A stretch of DNA of 64,000 bases from an uncultured Chloroflexia bacterium. Its GTDB lineage: Bacteria > Chloroflexota > Limnocylindria > Limnocylindrales > CSP1-4. Below are positions 1 through 9,360 of this stretch, one piece after another (position 1 is the first letter of the stretch; every line of letters starts with the position of its first letter). The stretch lies in assembly GCA_963752475.1 (NCBI GenBank), contig CAVVYR010000006.1, positions 384,001-448,000 on the forward strand, read 5' to 3'. A program made the position numbers and the translations under genes. The notes under the pieces are model-generated. The model worked only from the letters and a program-made list of their open reading frames with translations. It searched no databases and was not told the DNA's origin.

Positions 1-17
1 AGAGGTTCGATGGAACG

Positions 18-272
18 ATGACGTGGCTTCGGGACAACTGTCCGCAGTGCGAGCGCCAACTGGTCAACTCGCGCTTCGACACCACGTTCCGCATGCCAGA
101 CGGCGACGAGCGTCTGTGCTTCGCGGTGCCGGCTGCACTCTGTGCCGACTGCCATCAGCTCTACCTGGACCCCGACCTGCTCGAGGTGCTCGATATCCCC
201 GACGGCCGCTGCGTGTTCGCCATCGAATCCGATGGCGTGACCCAGGAGCGCGCGACGCAGTTCCCGGTCTGA
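18..272 (+). CDS. Small zinc-ribbon protein (YgiT-type zinc finger-like)
   Basis: 84 aa; two CxxC pairs (CPQC, CADC). Confidence 0.55.
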   Translation: MTWLRDNCPQCERQLVNSRFDTTFRMPDGDERLCFAVPAALCADCHQLYLDPDLLEVLDIPDGRCVFAIESDGVTQERATQFPV

Positions 273-283
273 CAGCCCTCTCG

Positions 284-1261
284 CTACTCCCTCGCTGAGC
301 CGGGTCCTCGACCCGGCTCTCGTGCTGTCCGGGGGGCCATTCGCTGGCCGGCGATGCGGGCCCAGCGGGTCGACTGCACGAGGTAGACGCCGCCCGTGAC
401 GAGTGCGATGCCGAGCAGACCGAAGGCGCCTGGCGCCTCACCCAGGAAGACCCAGGCGAGGACGGCGATCTGCACCAGCATGGTGTTGTTGATGGCCGCC
501 GACTCGATCGCCGTCAGGCGCTGAAGCGACAGGTTCCAGAGCGTGAAGGCGAAGGCGGTGTTGACCACGGCCAGCCAGACGATGATGAGCCAGCCACGTG
601 CGGAGATCGAGGGGAAGCCCTCGAGCCCGATGGCCGTGAACGCCAGTGCGCCGGCACCGATGGCCATGCTGATGGCGGTGATGGAGATGGCCGGCAACCG
701 ACCCTCACGGTTGACGCTGCGTCCGATGACCGAGGCGGCGACGTTGGCGAAGAGCGCGGTGATCGCCGCGATCATGCCCGCTGTCGTCGCGCCCAGGTCG
801 CCGGCGAAGTAGAGCAGGGCGCCGAGCGCCACCAGGCCCGTGCCCAGGAGCTGTACCCGCGTGGGCACCTCCGAGAGCGTCACTGCGGCACCGGCGGCCA
901 CGAGCAGCGGCGTCAGCGAGAGGACCAGGCTGGTGGTCGCAGCGGGCTGTTCGTCGAGGGCCACGAACTGGGCCCCCTGGGTCAGCGCGTACATGACCAG
1001 TCCGAGCACGATGAGCCGGAGCAGGAATCCGCGTCCGACGTCGTAGTCGAACCGGCGCCTTCGCTCGCGCACGATGACGAAGCCCACGAGCACGATGGCG
1101 GCCAATCCGTAGCGCAGGGCTGCGAACATCACCGGCGGCAGGCCCTCGTCGTCGAGGCCCCAGCGGATGAGGATCCACGAGGATGACCACAGGACCGTGA
1201 CGAGGAGCGCCAGCCAGACCGCGACCCGATGGGACCGCAGCTCGATGCGCGCCGGGACCAC
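284..1261 (-). CDS. DMT/EamA family transporter
   Basis: About 10 hydrophobic helices in two EamA-like halves (LWSSSW...LRY; NTAFAFTLWN; FLGE). Confidence 0.9.
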   Translation of the reverse strand: MVPARIELRSHRVAVWLALLVTVLWSSSWILIRWGLDDEGLPPVMFAALRYGLAAIVLVGFVIVRERRRRFDYDVGRGFLLRLIVLGLVMYALTQGAQFVALDEQPAATTSLVLSLTPLLVAAGAAVTLSEVPTRVQLLGTGLVALGALLYFAGDLGATTAGMIAAITALFANVAASVIGRSVNREGRLPAISITAISMAIGAGALAFTAIGLEGFPSISARGWLIIVWLAVVNTAFAFTLWNLSLQRLTAIESAAINNTMLVQIAVLAWVFLGEAPGAFGLLGIALVTGGVYLVQSTRWARIAGQRMAPRTAREPGRGPGSARE

Positions 1262-1263
1262 CG

Positions 1264-2364
1264 TTAGCGGGCGGCCGCCGCGGCGTGTCGGGCGATCCAG
1301 GTCTGGACCGCGAGGGCATCGATCGACTCGGACACCTGCAGCGTCGAGCCATCGAGGGCGATGCCCTTCGAGCGCAGGTCGAGTGCGAGCAGCTCCACGA
1401 GCGCTGCATCCAGCGCCGGGCCGGACCAGTTGCGTGCCTGTTCGGCCAGCTTCTTGGCCCGGAACGGCTGCAGCCTGAGCTCCTTCACGATCTGCGGGGG
1501 TTTGGTGCCTGCGTCCATGAGCTCGCGCATCAGGATGAGGTCACGAAGCCGCCGGTGGATCTGTGTGATGAGCACGGGCAGCGGGGTGCCGTCGCTGAGC
1601 AGGCGCTCAGCGAGGGTCGTGGCGACGCCACCGGCGCGGGTACCGACGGCATCAAGGAAGGCCCAGGTGGAACCCGGGATCGACTCGCTCACGAGGGCGT
1701 CGACGTCTTCGTGAGCGATGGACCCGCCCGGCTTGTACAGCGCCAGCTTCTCGAGCTCGCCATTGGCCAGCTCCGTGCGTCGCCGGCGATCGACGTCCGA
1801 CTCCCGGATGTGGCCGCCGACGCGCTCCGCGAGCAGGCGCGCGGCCTGTGGCTGCAGCTCGATGTCGAGCTCTTCCGCCCGGCTGACCAGCCACGGCTCG
1901 AGTCGGCCGGCCCCGGGTGTCTTGAACTCCTGCGAGACACCACCGGCGTCGGCGATGGCATCGCGCAGGGCGCCGCGGGCCGCGGGGCTCTTGGCACCCG
2001 ACGCGGTGAGGTCGGTGACACAGAGGGCGTTGCCCGGCGGGACCGTGGTCACCAGCCCGATGAGTCGCGCCCGTGCGGTCTTCTCGGCCAGCAGCCCCGC
2101 TGGCTGCCGCACGATCACCAGGGTGCCCGCGCCGAAGAGCGGCGCCATGCCCAGATGCTGTTCGATGCCGTCAAGGGCCCTGGCACGACGCTTGGCTACC
2201 GAGGCCGAACCGCTCTCCTCGCCGGCATCGTCGTCGAGGCTGGCGCGGAAGACCTCCATTGGCTCGCCCGGTGGCGAGATGCGCTCGGTGTAGTCGCGGG
2301 CCGCTCGCTCGATCATGAACGCGTCCTCACCCCAGAAATAGGCCAGCGGCGGGGTCTCGCTCAT
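1264..2364 (-). CDS. holA: DNA polymerase III delta subunit
   Basis: YFWGEDAF start, ELEKLALY, WAFLDAV; canonical position downstream of comEC. Confidence 0.88.
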   Translation of the reverse strand: MSETPPLAYFWGEDAFMIERAARDYTERISPPGEPMEVFRASLDDDAGEESGSASVAKRRARALDGIEQHLGMAPLFGAGTLVIVRQPAGLLAEKTARARLIGLVTTVPPGNALCVTDLTASGAKSPAARGALRDAIADAGGVSQEFKTPGAGRLEPWLVSRAEELDIELQPQAARLLAERVGGHIRESDVDRRRRTELANGELEKLALYKPGGSIAHEDVDALVSESIPGSTWAFLDAVGTRAGGVATTLAERLLSDGTPLPVLITQIHRRLRDLILMRELMDAGTKPPQIVKELRLQPFRAKKLAEQARNWSGPALDAALVELLALDLRSKGIALDGSTLQVSESIDALAVQTWIARHAAAAAR

Positions 2365-3029
2365 GCGGCGGAGGGGTCGGCCGGTGTCCCGAATACGGGC
2401 AGCCCGTCGACCGACTCCTGCGGCAGCTCGGCGGGTCGCTCGCTACCGAAGGCGCGGCTCATGGCGTCATCGACCCAGCGCAGCCGCTCGACATCGGTGG
2501 GCTCGATGCCGATGGCGGTGCACAGTCCGGCTTCGAGGCGCTGTGCCACCAGGAACGCCTCGTCCAGCTTGGCGCGGTATTCGGGGTGCTTGCGGCGCCA
2601 GCGATCGAAGCGTTGCTCCAGCGAGACGACACGCTGCGTGGCGCGCTTGTCCGCGTAGGTCACGATGCGCTCCTCGAGCGGAGCCTCGGTCAGCCAGGCT
2701 TCGGCGTCGGGATCGGTGAAGCGGGTCACCGGATGGGCGATGAGCGTGCGTGCCAACTCCGGATGCCCGGCCTCGGTCAGCCAGGCTGCGCCGGCAGCGC
2801 CATGACCCAGCTCGCGCACGGGGTGGCCCGGAGGTAGCGCCTTGTCCACGTCGTGGAGGAGCGCGGCCGTTTCCGCCAAGCGCCGGTCGACCGCGAGACC
2901 TGCGCGCGAGGCGCGGTAGGCCAGGAACGAGGTGACCTCGGCCACGACCGTCATGTGTTGCAGCAGGCGCGGCGAGGGAGAGGTCGAGACGAGCAGGGAG
3001 AGTGCTTCGGTTCGGGTGGGTACCGCCAT
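2361..3029 (-). CDS. HD-domain phosphohydrolase
   Basis: H...LLHDVDK...H...H...YADKR; start placed at MAVPTR. Confidence 0.85.
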   Translation of the reverse strand: MAVPTRTEALSLLVSTSPSPRLLQHMTVVAEVTSFLAYRASRAGLAVDRRLAETAALLHDVDKALPPGHPVRELGHGAAGAAWLTEAGHPELARTLIAHPVTRFTDPDAEAWLTEAPLEERIVTYADKRATQRVVSLEQRFDRWRRKHPEYRAKLDEAFLVAQRLEAGLCTAIGIEPTDVERLRWVDDAMSRAFGSERPAELPQESVDGLPVFGTPADPSAA

Positions 3030-5511
3030 CAGGTCGAATGTAGCAGGGGTCCACGGGACTGGTGGTCGAGATGGCGGTTCGGCCGCGGCCGCCCGGGCAG
3101 GCATGCGGCAGCCGACCGGTCATCGACGAGGCCGTCACACGAGCTACGCCGTCGAAGCCGACCGAGAGCGTGCCCTGGGTATCCGTCCGCCAGACCTCCG
3201 CTTCGACCGCGGCCAGCCGCTGCAGCGTGGCGTAGGCAGGATGGCCGTAGCTGTTGCCATGCCCGGCACTGATGGCTGCCAGTCGGGGCTCGAGGACGTC
3301 GAGGATGGGCCGGCTCGAGGCCGTGGCGCTGCCGTGATGGGCCACCTTCAGCAGGTCCCAGCGATGGCCGTCATCGGGGATGATCTCGAGCAGGTCCGCG
3401 TCGTGGTCATCCTCGAGGTCTCCGGTGAGCAGGATGCGTTGCCGGCCCAGGCTCACGGCCAGCACGATCGAGGTGCCGTTGATGGCGCGACCGTCGGTGA
3501 TGATGCGATCGGGGATGGTGTGCTCGGGCGGCCAGAGCACATCGACCCGAGCCTCACCCAAGGCGAAGGAGTCGCCCTGGAGCAGGCGCATCCTGCGGAT
3601 GCCTCGTCGTTCGGCAGCAGCGCGTAGTTCGAGCACGCCGGCACCTTCGGAGTTCATCTCGGTCTCGAGGAGCCGGCTCACGCGGTAGCGCGGCGACAGG
3701 CCAGCCAGTCCGCCCGAGTGGTCCTCGTGTGGATGGGTCAGCACGGCCAGGTCGATGTGCCGGTCCCATGCCGGGATGCGCTCATCGAGTCGACGCACCA
3801 GCAGGTCCGGGTCGGGCCCGCCATCGACGAGCAGGCGGGTACCGTCACCGGCCTCGAGCAGGGTCGAGTCACCCTGGCCGACATCGAGCACGCTGACCCT
3901 GAGCTGGGGACCGGGTCTTGCGACGAGCGCGACGGACGTGGCCGCGACGAGCAGGACGGCGACGACCACCACGGGGAGACGGCGGCGGCGCGATCCCGGC
4001 AGCGGCGCGGGTCTCGACGGCTGCCAGGGTCGCGGGGTGCGGCTCGAGGGGCCACGGACGTGTCGCAGCGCGAGTGCCAGGGCCGCCCCCGCGACGGTCG
4101 CCCCGACCAGGTCGAACGGCGGAAGCAGCTCAACGTTGGCGAGCGGTACCTGTGCCAGGATGCCGGCGCCGCGGGTCATCGCCGTGAGCGGGATCCACGC
4201 CGCGACGAGCAGCGGTGCCAGCACCAACGCCGTCAGCGAGCCGGTCACGAGTGGGCCCACCAGCATTCCGACCGCGGCCCCGAGCATGGCCAGCGGCACG
4301 ATCGGCGCCACCAGCAGGTTGGCCAGCGGTGAGATGAGCGACAGCCGCCCGAAGTGGAGCAGGATCAAGGGCAGCGTGGAGAGCTGGGCCGCCAACGACA
4401 CGCCCAGGGTCTCGTCGAACCAGCGCGGGGTGCGGCCGCGCGTCAGGCGCTTCACGGTCGCCTCAGCCGGCCCGCCGAGCGCGAGCAGACCAGCGGTCGC
4501 CGCCAGCGAGAGCTGCAGCCCGATGTCATCGATCATGCCTGGCTGGGCCAGCAACAAGCCCCAGCAGGCGAGCCCCAGCGCCGCCACCGCACCCGAAGGC
4601 CGGCCGCTCTCCCGCGCCACGATGACGACACCACCCATGACTGCGGCACGGATGACGCTCGCCTCAGCGCCTGCGAGGATGGTGTAGACCACGATGGCCA
4701 CGATGACGATGAGGCTGCGCGGACGTCGTCCGAGCCCCGTCGCCCGCAGCATGGCCGTGGCGATGCCGGCCACGAGCGCGATGTTCCAGCCGCTGATAGC
4801 GACCACGTGGGTGAGGCCGGTGACGGTGAAGTCGTCGGCGGTCTCGCGACTGACGCGCTCTCGCAGGCCGATGAGGATGCCCGATGCCAGCCCGGCCTCC
4901 GGCTCGGGGATCGCTCGCGAGAGCGTCTCGTCGAGACCCCAGCGGAGGCTCTCCACGGCGGCGGTGAAGCCGCCGTCACTGCCGACGAGCCGCAGTGCGT
5001 GGCCCTTGAGTGTGCCGGCGGCGCCGCGAGATTCGAGGAAGCCGGCGAAGCCCGGAGCGTCGTCGGGTGGCAGCTGCAGCGTCCCGCGGACTTCGACCGT
5101 ATCGCCGGGCACGAGCGCCGGGTGTCGCGGCAACCAGGCGTAGACGAGCCACTCCCCGTCAGGCTCGGCGTCGAGGCGCACGAAGGCGCGTTGCTCAGCA
5201 CCGGAGGGCGAGGAGACGTCGACGACCGAGCCGACCCACTCGCCGCTCCCTGGCTCGAGCGGTGGTGAGACCGACGCTCCGAGTACCAGCACGGCGCCGA
5301 TCGCGCCCCGCAGCGCGACCGTCCCGAACGCCAGGAGCAGCGCGGTCGCTCCCGCGCGTCGGACGAGCCCGGCCATGAGTGCGCCGAGCAGCGCGGATAT
5401 CGCCAGCGCCAGCGATGCCCATGCCGGCAGTTCGATCCGGTCGCTGCCGGTGAGCAGCGCCGCGAGGATGGAGCCGAAGGCGAGCCAGCCTGCCCGGGGC
5501 AGTCGAGGCAT
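2467..5511 (-). CDS. comEC: DNA uptake channel ComEC/Rec2 (C-terminal ~200 codons overlap the HD gene)
   Basis: GLTHVVAISGWN, SVIRAAVM, LQLS, DVGQGD, THPHEDH, LLTGD, KVAHHGS, NSYGHP, RTD. Confidence 0.95.
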   Translation of the reverse strand: MPRLPRAGWLAFGSILAALLTGSDRIELPAWASLALAISALLGALMAGLVRRAGATALLLAFGTVALRGAIGAVLVLGASVSPPLEPGSGEWVGSVVDVSSPSGAEQRAFVRLDAEPDGEWLVYAWLPRHPALVPGDTVEVRGTLQLPPDDAPGFAGFLESRGAAGTLKGHALRLVGSDGGFTAAVESLRWGLDETLSRAIPEPEAGLASGILIGLRERVSRETADDFTVTGLTHVVAISGWNIALVAGIATAMLRATGLGRRPRSLIVIVAIVVYTILAGAEASVIRAAVMGGVVIVARESGRPSGAVAALGLACWGLLLAQPGMIDDIGLQLSLAATAGLLALGGPAEATVKRLTRGRTPRWFDETLGVSLAAQLSTLPLILLHFGRLSLISPLANLLVAPIVPLAMLGAAVGMLVGPLVTGSLTALVLAPLLVAAWIPLTAMTRGAGILAQVPLANVELLPPFDLVGATVAGAALALALRHVRGPSSRTPRPWQPSRPAPLPGSRRRRLPVVVVAVLLVAATSVALVARPGPQLRVSVLDVGQGDSTLLEAGDGTRLLVDGGPDPDLLVRRLDERIPAWDRHIDLAVLTHPHEDHSGGLAGLSPRYRVSRLLETEMNSEGAGVLELRAAAERRGIRRMRLLQGDSFALGEARVDVLWPPEHTIPDRIITDGRAINGTSIVLAVSLGRQRILLTGDLEDDHDADLLEIIPDDGHRWDLLKVAHHGSATASSRPILDVLEPRLAAISAGHGNSYGHPAYATLQRLAAVEAEVWRTDTQGTLSVGFDGVARVTASSMTGRLPHACPGGRGRTAISTTSPVDPCYIRPDGGTHPNRSTLPARLDLSLAAPAATHDGRGRGHLVPGLPRLARRSRGRPALGGNGRAPPRRGQGATSGPPRARAGSWRCRRSLADRGRASGVGTHAHRPSGDPLHRSRRRSLADRGSARGAHRDLRGQARHAACRLAGATLRSLAPQAPRIPRQAGRGVPGGTAPRSRTVHRHRHRAHRCRAAALGR

Positions 5512-5520
5512 GCGCTGTCG

Positions 5521-6220
5521 CTAGCCGGCGCTGACGAGGCCCTTGATGTCCTCGTAGACCTTCTCGCCCACGATGCCCCGGCTACGCAGCTCACGGACGG
5601 CATCGAAGCGATCGTCAGCCCGGGTGTCGATGATCTTGCCCGCGGTCACCGGGCCGATCCCCGGGAGCGTCTCGAGCTCCGACTGGCTGGCCCGGTTGAG
5701 GTCGATGCGTCCATCATCCCTGGCCGCAGCGCGCGCCGACGGCCGGTCGACGCCCAGCTCCGGCACGAGCACCTTGGACCCGTCCTCGAGTGGCTGGGCC
5801 AGGTTCAGCGACTGGCTCGAGGCGGTCAGGTCCGCACGTGGCGCGAAGCCACCGGCAGCCTCGATGGCGTCACCGACGCGGTCTCCGTGACGCAGGCGGT
5901 GTAGCCCAGGCCGCACGACGGCACCGGCGACGTCGACGACGATCTCCGTCGACGCCGGCGCCGCGATGGGCGTCGTCTCGAACGTCGAGACACCCAGCGG
6001 CCTCCACTCGTGGCGACCCGTCGACTCCCACCGGCAGCGCTCCCAGGGCCAGGGCCACCAGGCCGGCGATCGCCATGCCGAGTCCCAGCCCACCGCACCC
6101 GGCAAGCGCCGGCGCGAGCCATCGCGGCATGACCCGACGCTGGTCCGGTCCTGGCTGGGCGTCGTTCGCATCGGCCGCGTCTGACGAGAACGCGCGCCAC
6201 GGCGGCGTCGCCTGGTTCAA
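5521..6220 (-). pseudogene. comEA: ComEA DNA receptor with apparent frameshift near 5995
   Basis: TM N-terminus in ORF 5870..6220; SLBB (VVDVAGAVVRPG) and HhH (LETLPGIGPVTA) in ORF 5521..6171; removing one G joins them. Confidence 0.8.
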
Positions 6221-6319
6221 GCGATCGCTCCTGCCGGCGGGCGAGGGCGGGGCGGAGGTGGTCGCGCCCCGGGCTCCGTGGCCGAGAGTGCGGTCGGTCC
6301 CGGGGCGTGAAGAAAGGCT

Positions 6320-6343
6320 AGGGGGCGCCGCTTGGCGCCCCCT
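6320..6343 (-). terminator. Probable intrinsic terminator after LLM cluster
   Basis: AGGGGGCGCC-GCTT-GGCGCCCCCT hairpin, followed on the minus strand by a T-rich run. Confidence 0.6.
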
Positions 6344-6364
6344 TATGCCTGCCTTCGGTGGGAC

Positions 6365-7351
6365 TTAGACGAGTGCCTCCAGCGCCGGTCGCACCTCGGT
6401 CGCGAGCCGGCGCATGGTCTCCTGGTCGTACGGCGCCGGGAATCCGCAGATGAGGTGGCGGTAGCCCATCTCGACGAACGGCTTCAACTGCTCGGCGACC
6501 TCGTCGGGCTTGCCAGCGACCAGCCTTCTCGTGGGCACGTGACCCGATCCCGGCCGATCCTCGTCGAGGCAGGACTCACCGCGAGCCAGCAGCTCCTCGG
6601 CCACGGCCACGGCCTCGTCCCGGCTGTCGCGGATGACCACCATCTGGATCTCGGTCGTGCGCTCGATCGTCTTCTCGTTGCGCCCGAGTCGCTCGCAGTG
6701 CTCGCGCATGATCGGGTCGGACTTCTCGATGGTCTCGATGGGGTTGCCCAGGTTGTTCATGTCGGCGTACTGGGCCACCAGGCGCAGCGTGACCTTGGGG
6801 CCGGAGCCGCCGATCATGATGGGGATCCTCGACTGGATCGGCGCGGGCAGGTTGAGCGCCTCCTTGACGTCGTAGCGATCGCCCTCGTCGGATGACGGTC
6901 GCTCGCCCGCGAGCATGCCGGTGATGATCTTGAGCGAGTGCTCCAGCCAGCGCAGGCGCGTCCCCGGACGATCACCGAACTCGATGCCGAAGCCGGTGTG
7001 CTCGGGCTCCATCCAGGCGGCACCCATACCCAGCACGGCTCGCCCGTTGCTGATGTGGTCGATGGTCGTGATCATCTTGGCCACGAGCGCGGGGTTGCGG
7101 AAGGTGTTGGCCGTGACGAGGTGGCCGATGGTCGCACGCTTCGTCTGCGCCGCCACCGCGGCCATGGCCGTGTAGGTCTCGAGCGCCGGCCCTTCCCACG
7201 AGCCGATGATGGGGTACACGTGGTCCCAGGTGAAGAGCGAGTCGTAGCCGAGCTCGTCGGCTTCGATCATGGCCTCAAGGAAGCGGGGCCAATCGGTGTA
7301 CTGGTTCCAGAGGTTGACGCCGAGCTTGATCGGCGCGTTCATGTCGGGCAT
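6365..7351 (-). CDS. LLM-class (probably F420-dependent) oxidoreductase
   Basis: WDH, NTFRNPALVAKM, DHISNGR, IMIGGSG; start MPDMNAP. Confidence 0.9.
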   Translation of the reverse strand: MPDMNAPIKLGVNLWNQYTDWPRFLEAMIEADELGYDSLFTWDHVYPIIGSWEGPALETYTAMAAVAAQTKRATIGHLVTANTFRNPALVAKMITTIDHISNGRAVLGMGAAWMEPEHTGFGIEFGDRPGTRLRWLEHSLKIITGMLAGERPSSDEGDRYDVKEALNLPAPIQSRIPIMIGGSGPKVTLRLVAQYADMNNLGNPIETIEKSDPIMREHCERLGRNEKTIERTTEIQMVVIRDSRDEAVAVAEELLARGESCLDEDRPGSGHVPTRRLVAGKPDEVAEQLKPFVEMGYRHLICGFPAPYDQETMRRLATEVRPALEALV

Positions 7352-7368
7352 CGGGGACTCCTTCGGGA

Positions 7369-8325
7369 CTACTGGGCGAGATAGGCTTCGAGCTCCGGCC
7401 GCACCTCGGTCGCGAGGCGCTCGAGCGTCTCTTCGTCGTAGGGGGCAGGGAAGCCGAAGATGAGGTGGCGGTAGCCCTGGTCGAGGTAGGGCTTGCAATG
7501 CTCGACGATGTGCGAGGGATGGCCCACGGGCATGTCCGTCCAGGTCTTGGCGCCGCCGTTATCGGCGAAGACGTCAGCCATGACCGTGAAGGCCTCCTCG
7601 CGCGAGTCGCGGATGAAGGGTGAGCCCAGGCCGATCGTGCGCTCGATCGTCTGCTCGTCGCGTCCCACGTCCTCGCAGTGCGCGATGAGCGCGGCGTCCT
7701 TCTCGGGCAGATCGGCGGCTGCGCCGCCGAGGTTGTTCATGTCCGCGTACTGGGCCACGAGGCGCAGGGTCTTGCGTCGGCCGGACCCGCCGATGAGGAT
7801 GGGCACGTGCTCCCCGATAGGTGCGGGCAGGTTGAGCGCCTCGCGCGTGCCGTAGCGCCCGTCCGTGGTGGGCCGCTCACCGTCGAGCATGCCGCGCATG
7901 ATGGGCAGCGCCTCCGCCAACCAGCCGATGCGCTCGCCGGGGCTGCCCCCGAACTCCAGCCCGAAGGCCTCGTGCTCGGTCTCGAACCAGGCGGCGCCGA
8001 TACCGAGGACGGCCCGACCGCCGGAGATGTGGTCGAGCGTGGTCACCATCTTGGCCACGAGCGCAGGGTTGCGGAACGTGTTCGCCCCGACGAGCAGGCC
8101 GATCGAGGCGCTCTTCGTCGTCGTCGCCACCGCGGCCATGGCCGTGTAGCACTCGAAGATGGGGCCTTCGTGGGAGCCCACGATGGGGTAGAGGTGGTCC
8201 CAGGTCCAGATACTGTCGAAGCCGAGCTCGTCAGCGCGCTGCTGTGCACGGAGGAACGAGGGCCAGTCGCTGTACTGGTTCCAGTTGTTGATGCCCAGCT
8301 TGAGCGGGGCGTTCATGTCGGGCAT
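7369..8325 (-). CDS. LLM-class (probably F420-dependent) oxidoreductase
   Basis: Same motifs; start MPDMNAP. Confidence 0.9.
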   Translation of the reverse strand: MPDMNAPLKLGINNWNQYSDWPSFLRAQQRADELGFDSIWTWDHLYPIVGSHEGPIFECYTAMAAVATTTKSASIGLLVGANTFRNPALVAKMVTTLDHISGGRAVLGIGAAWFETEHEAFGLEFGGSPGERIGWLAEALPIMRGMLDGERPTTDGRYGTREALNLPAPIGEHVPILIGGSGRRKTLRLVAQYADMNNLGGAAADLPEKDAALIAHCEDVGRDEQTIERTIGLGSPFIRDSREEAFTVMADVFADNGGAKTWTDMPVGHPSHIVEHCKPYLDQGYRHLIFGFPAPYDEETLERLATEVRPELEAYLAQ

Positions 8326-8338
8326 CGGTCTCTCCGTC

Positions 8339-9292
8339 TCAGCTGACCATGGCCTCGAGCCGCGGGCGAACCTCTGTCGCCAAGCGGACCATGGTCTCCT
8401 CGTCGTATGGCGCCGGCCAGTAGAAGACGAGGTGCCGATACCCGAGCTCGACGTAGCGCGCGAGCCACTCGAAGACGTCCTCTGGCGTGCCCGTGGGCTG
8501 GTTCTTCCAGGTCTCGCCTTCCTGGGCCGCGAAGATGGCGTCCTTGTCGCGGAAGGCCTGCGCGCGTGAGTCGCGGATGGTGGGCACGCCCACGTCGATG
8601 CTGCGCTCGATCGTCTTCTCATCGCGGCCGATGGCTTCGCAGTGGTCGATGAGGATGGCGTCCTTCTCGGCCACGTGGGCCGGCGAGCCGCCGATGTTGC
8701 ACATGTCGGCGTACTCGGCCACGAGGCGCAGCGTGACCTTGGGGCCAGAGCCGCCGATGAGCAGCGGCATCCGCTTCTGGACCGGCGGCGGCACGTTGTA
8801 GGCGTCCTTGATCTGGTAGTGCGGGCCGCTCGAGCTGGGCTGCGTGCCGTCGAGCATGCCGCGCATCACCGGCAGCGCTTCCTTCAGCCAGCGCAGCCGC
8901 TCACCCGGGCCGCTCCCGAACTCGAAGCCGTAGCCCTCGTGCTCATGCTCGGCCCAGCCGGCACCGACGCCGAGGATCGCCCGCCCGTCGCTGATGTGAT
9001 CGATGGTGGTGATGATCTTCGTCAACATCGCGGGGTTGCGGTACGTGTTCGAGGCCACCATCACGCTGATGGTCGGCTTCGAGGTCACCTCGGCGATGGC
9101 TGACATGACCGAGAAGGCCTCGAAGATGGGCCCGTCCGAGGGCTTGTTGGGCGGGTAGATATGGTCCATCGTCCAGAGCGACTCGTAGCCCAATCCTTCG
9201 GCCCGCAGGTGTGTGGCCTTGAAGGCCGGCCAGCCGGTGTACTGGTTCCAGATGTCGGCGCCGAGCTTGATGGGCGCATTCATGTCGGGCAT
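8339..9292 (-). CDS. LLM-class (probably F420-dependent) oxidoreductase
   Basis: Same motifs; start MPDMNAP. Confidence 0.9.
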   Translation of the reverse strand: MPDMNAPIKLGADIWNQYTGWPAFKATHLRAEGLGYESLWTMDHIYPPNKPSDGPIFEAFSVMSAIAEVTSKPTISVMVASNTYRNPAMLTKIITTIDHISDGRAILGVGAGWAEHEHEGYGFEFGSGPGERLRWLKEALPVMRGMLDGTQPSSSGPHYQIKDAYNVPPPVQKRMPLLIGGSGPKVTLRLVAEYADMCNIGGSPAHVAEKDAILIDHCEAIGRDEKTIERSIDVGVPTIRDSRAQAFRDKDAIFAAQEGETWKNQPTGTPEDVFEWLARYVELGYRHLVFYWPAPYDEETMVRLATEVRPRLEAMVS

Positions 9293-9360
9293 CGGACGGA
9301 CCTCGTAGGCTGCGGAAGGAGGCCTCGTCAGGCTAGCGCAGCCAGAGAGCCGCCGGGGCC

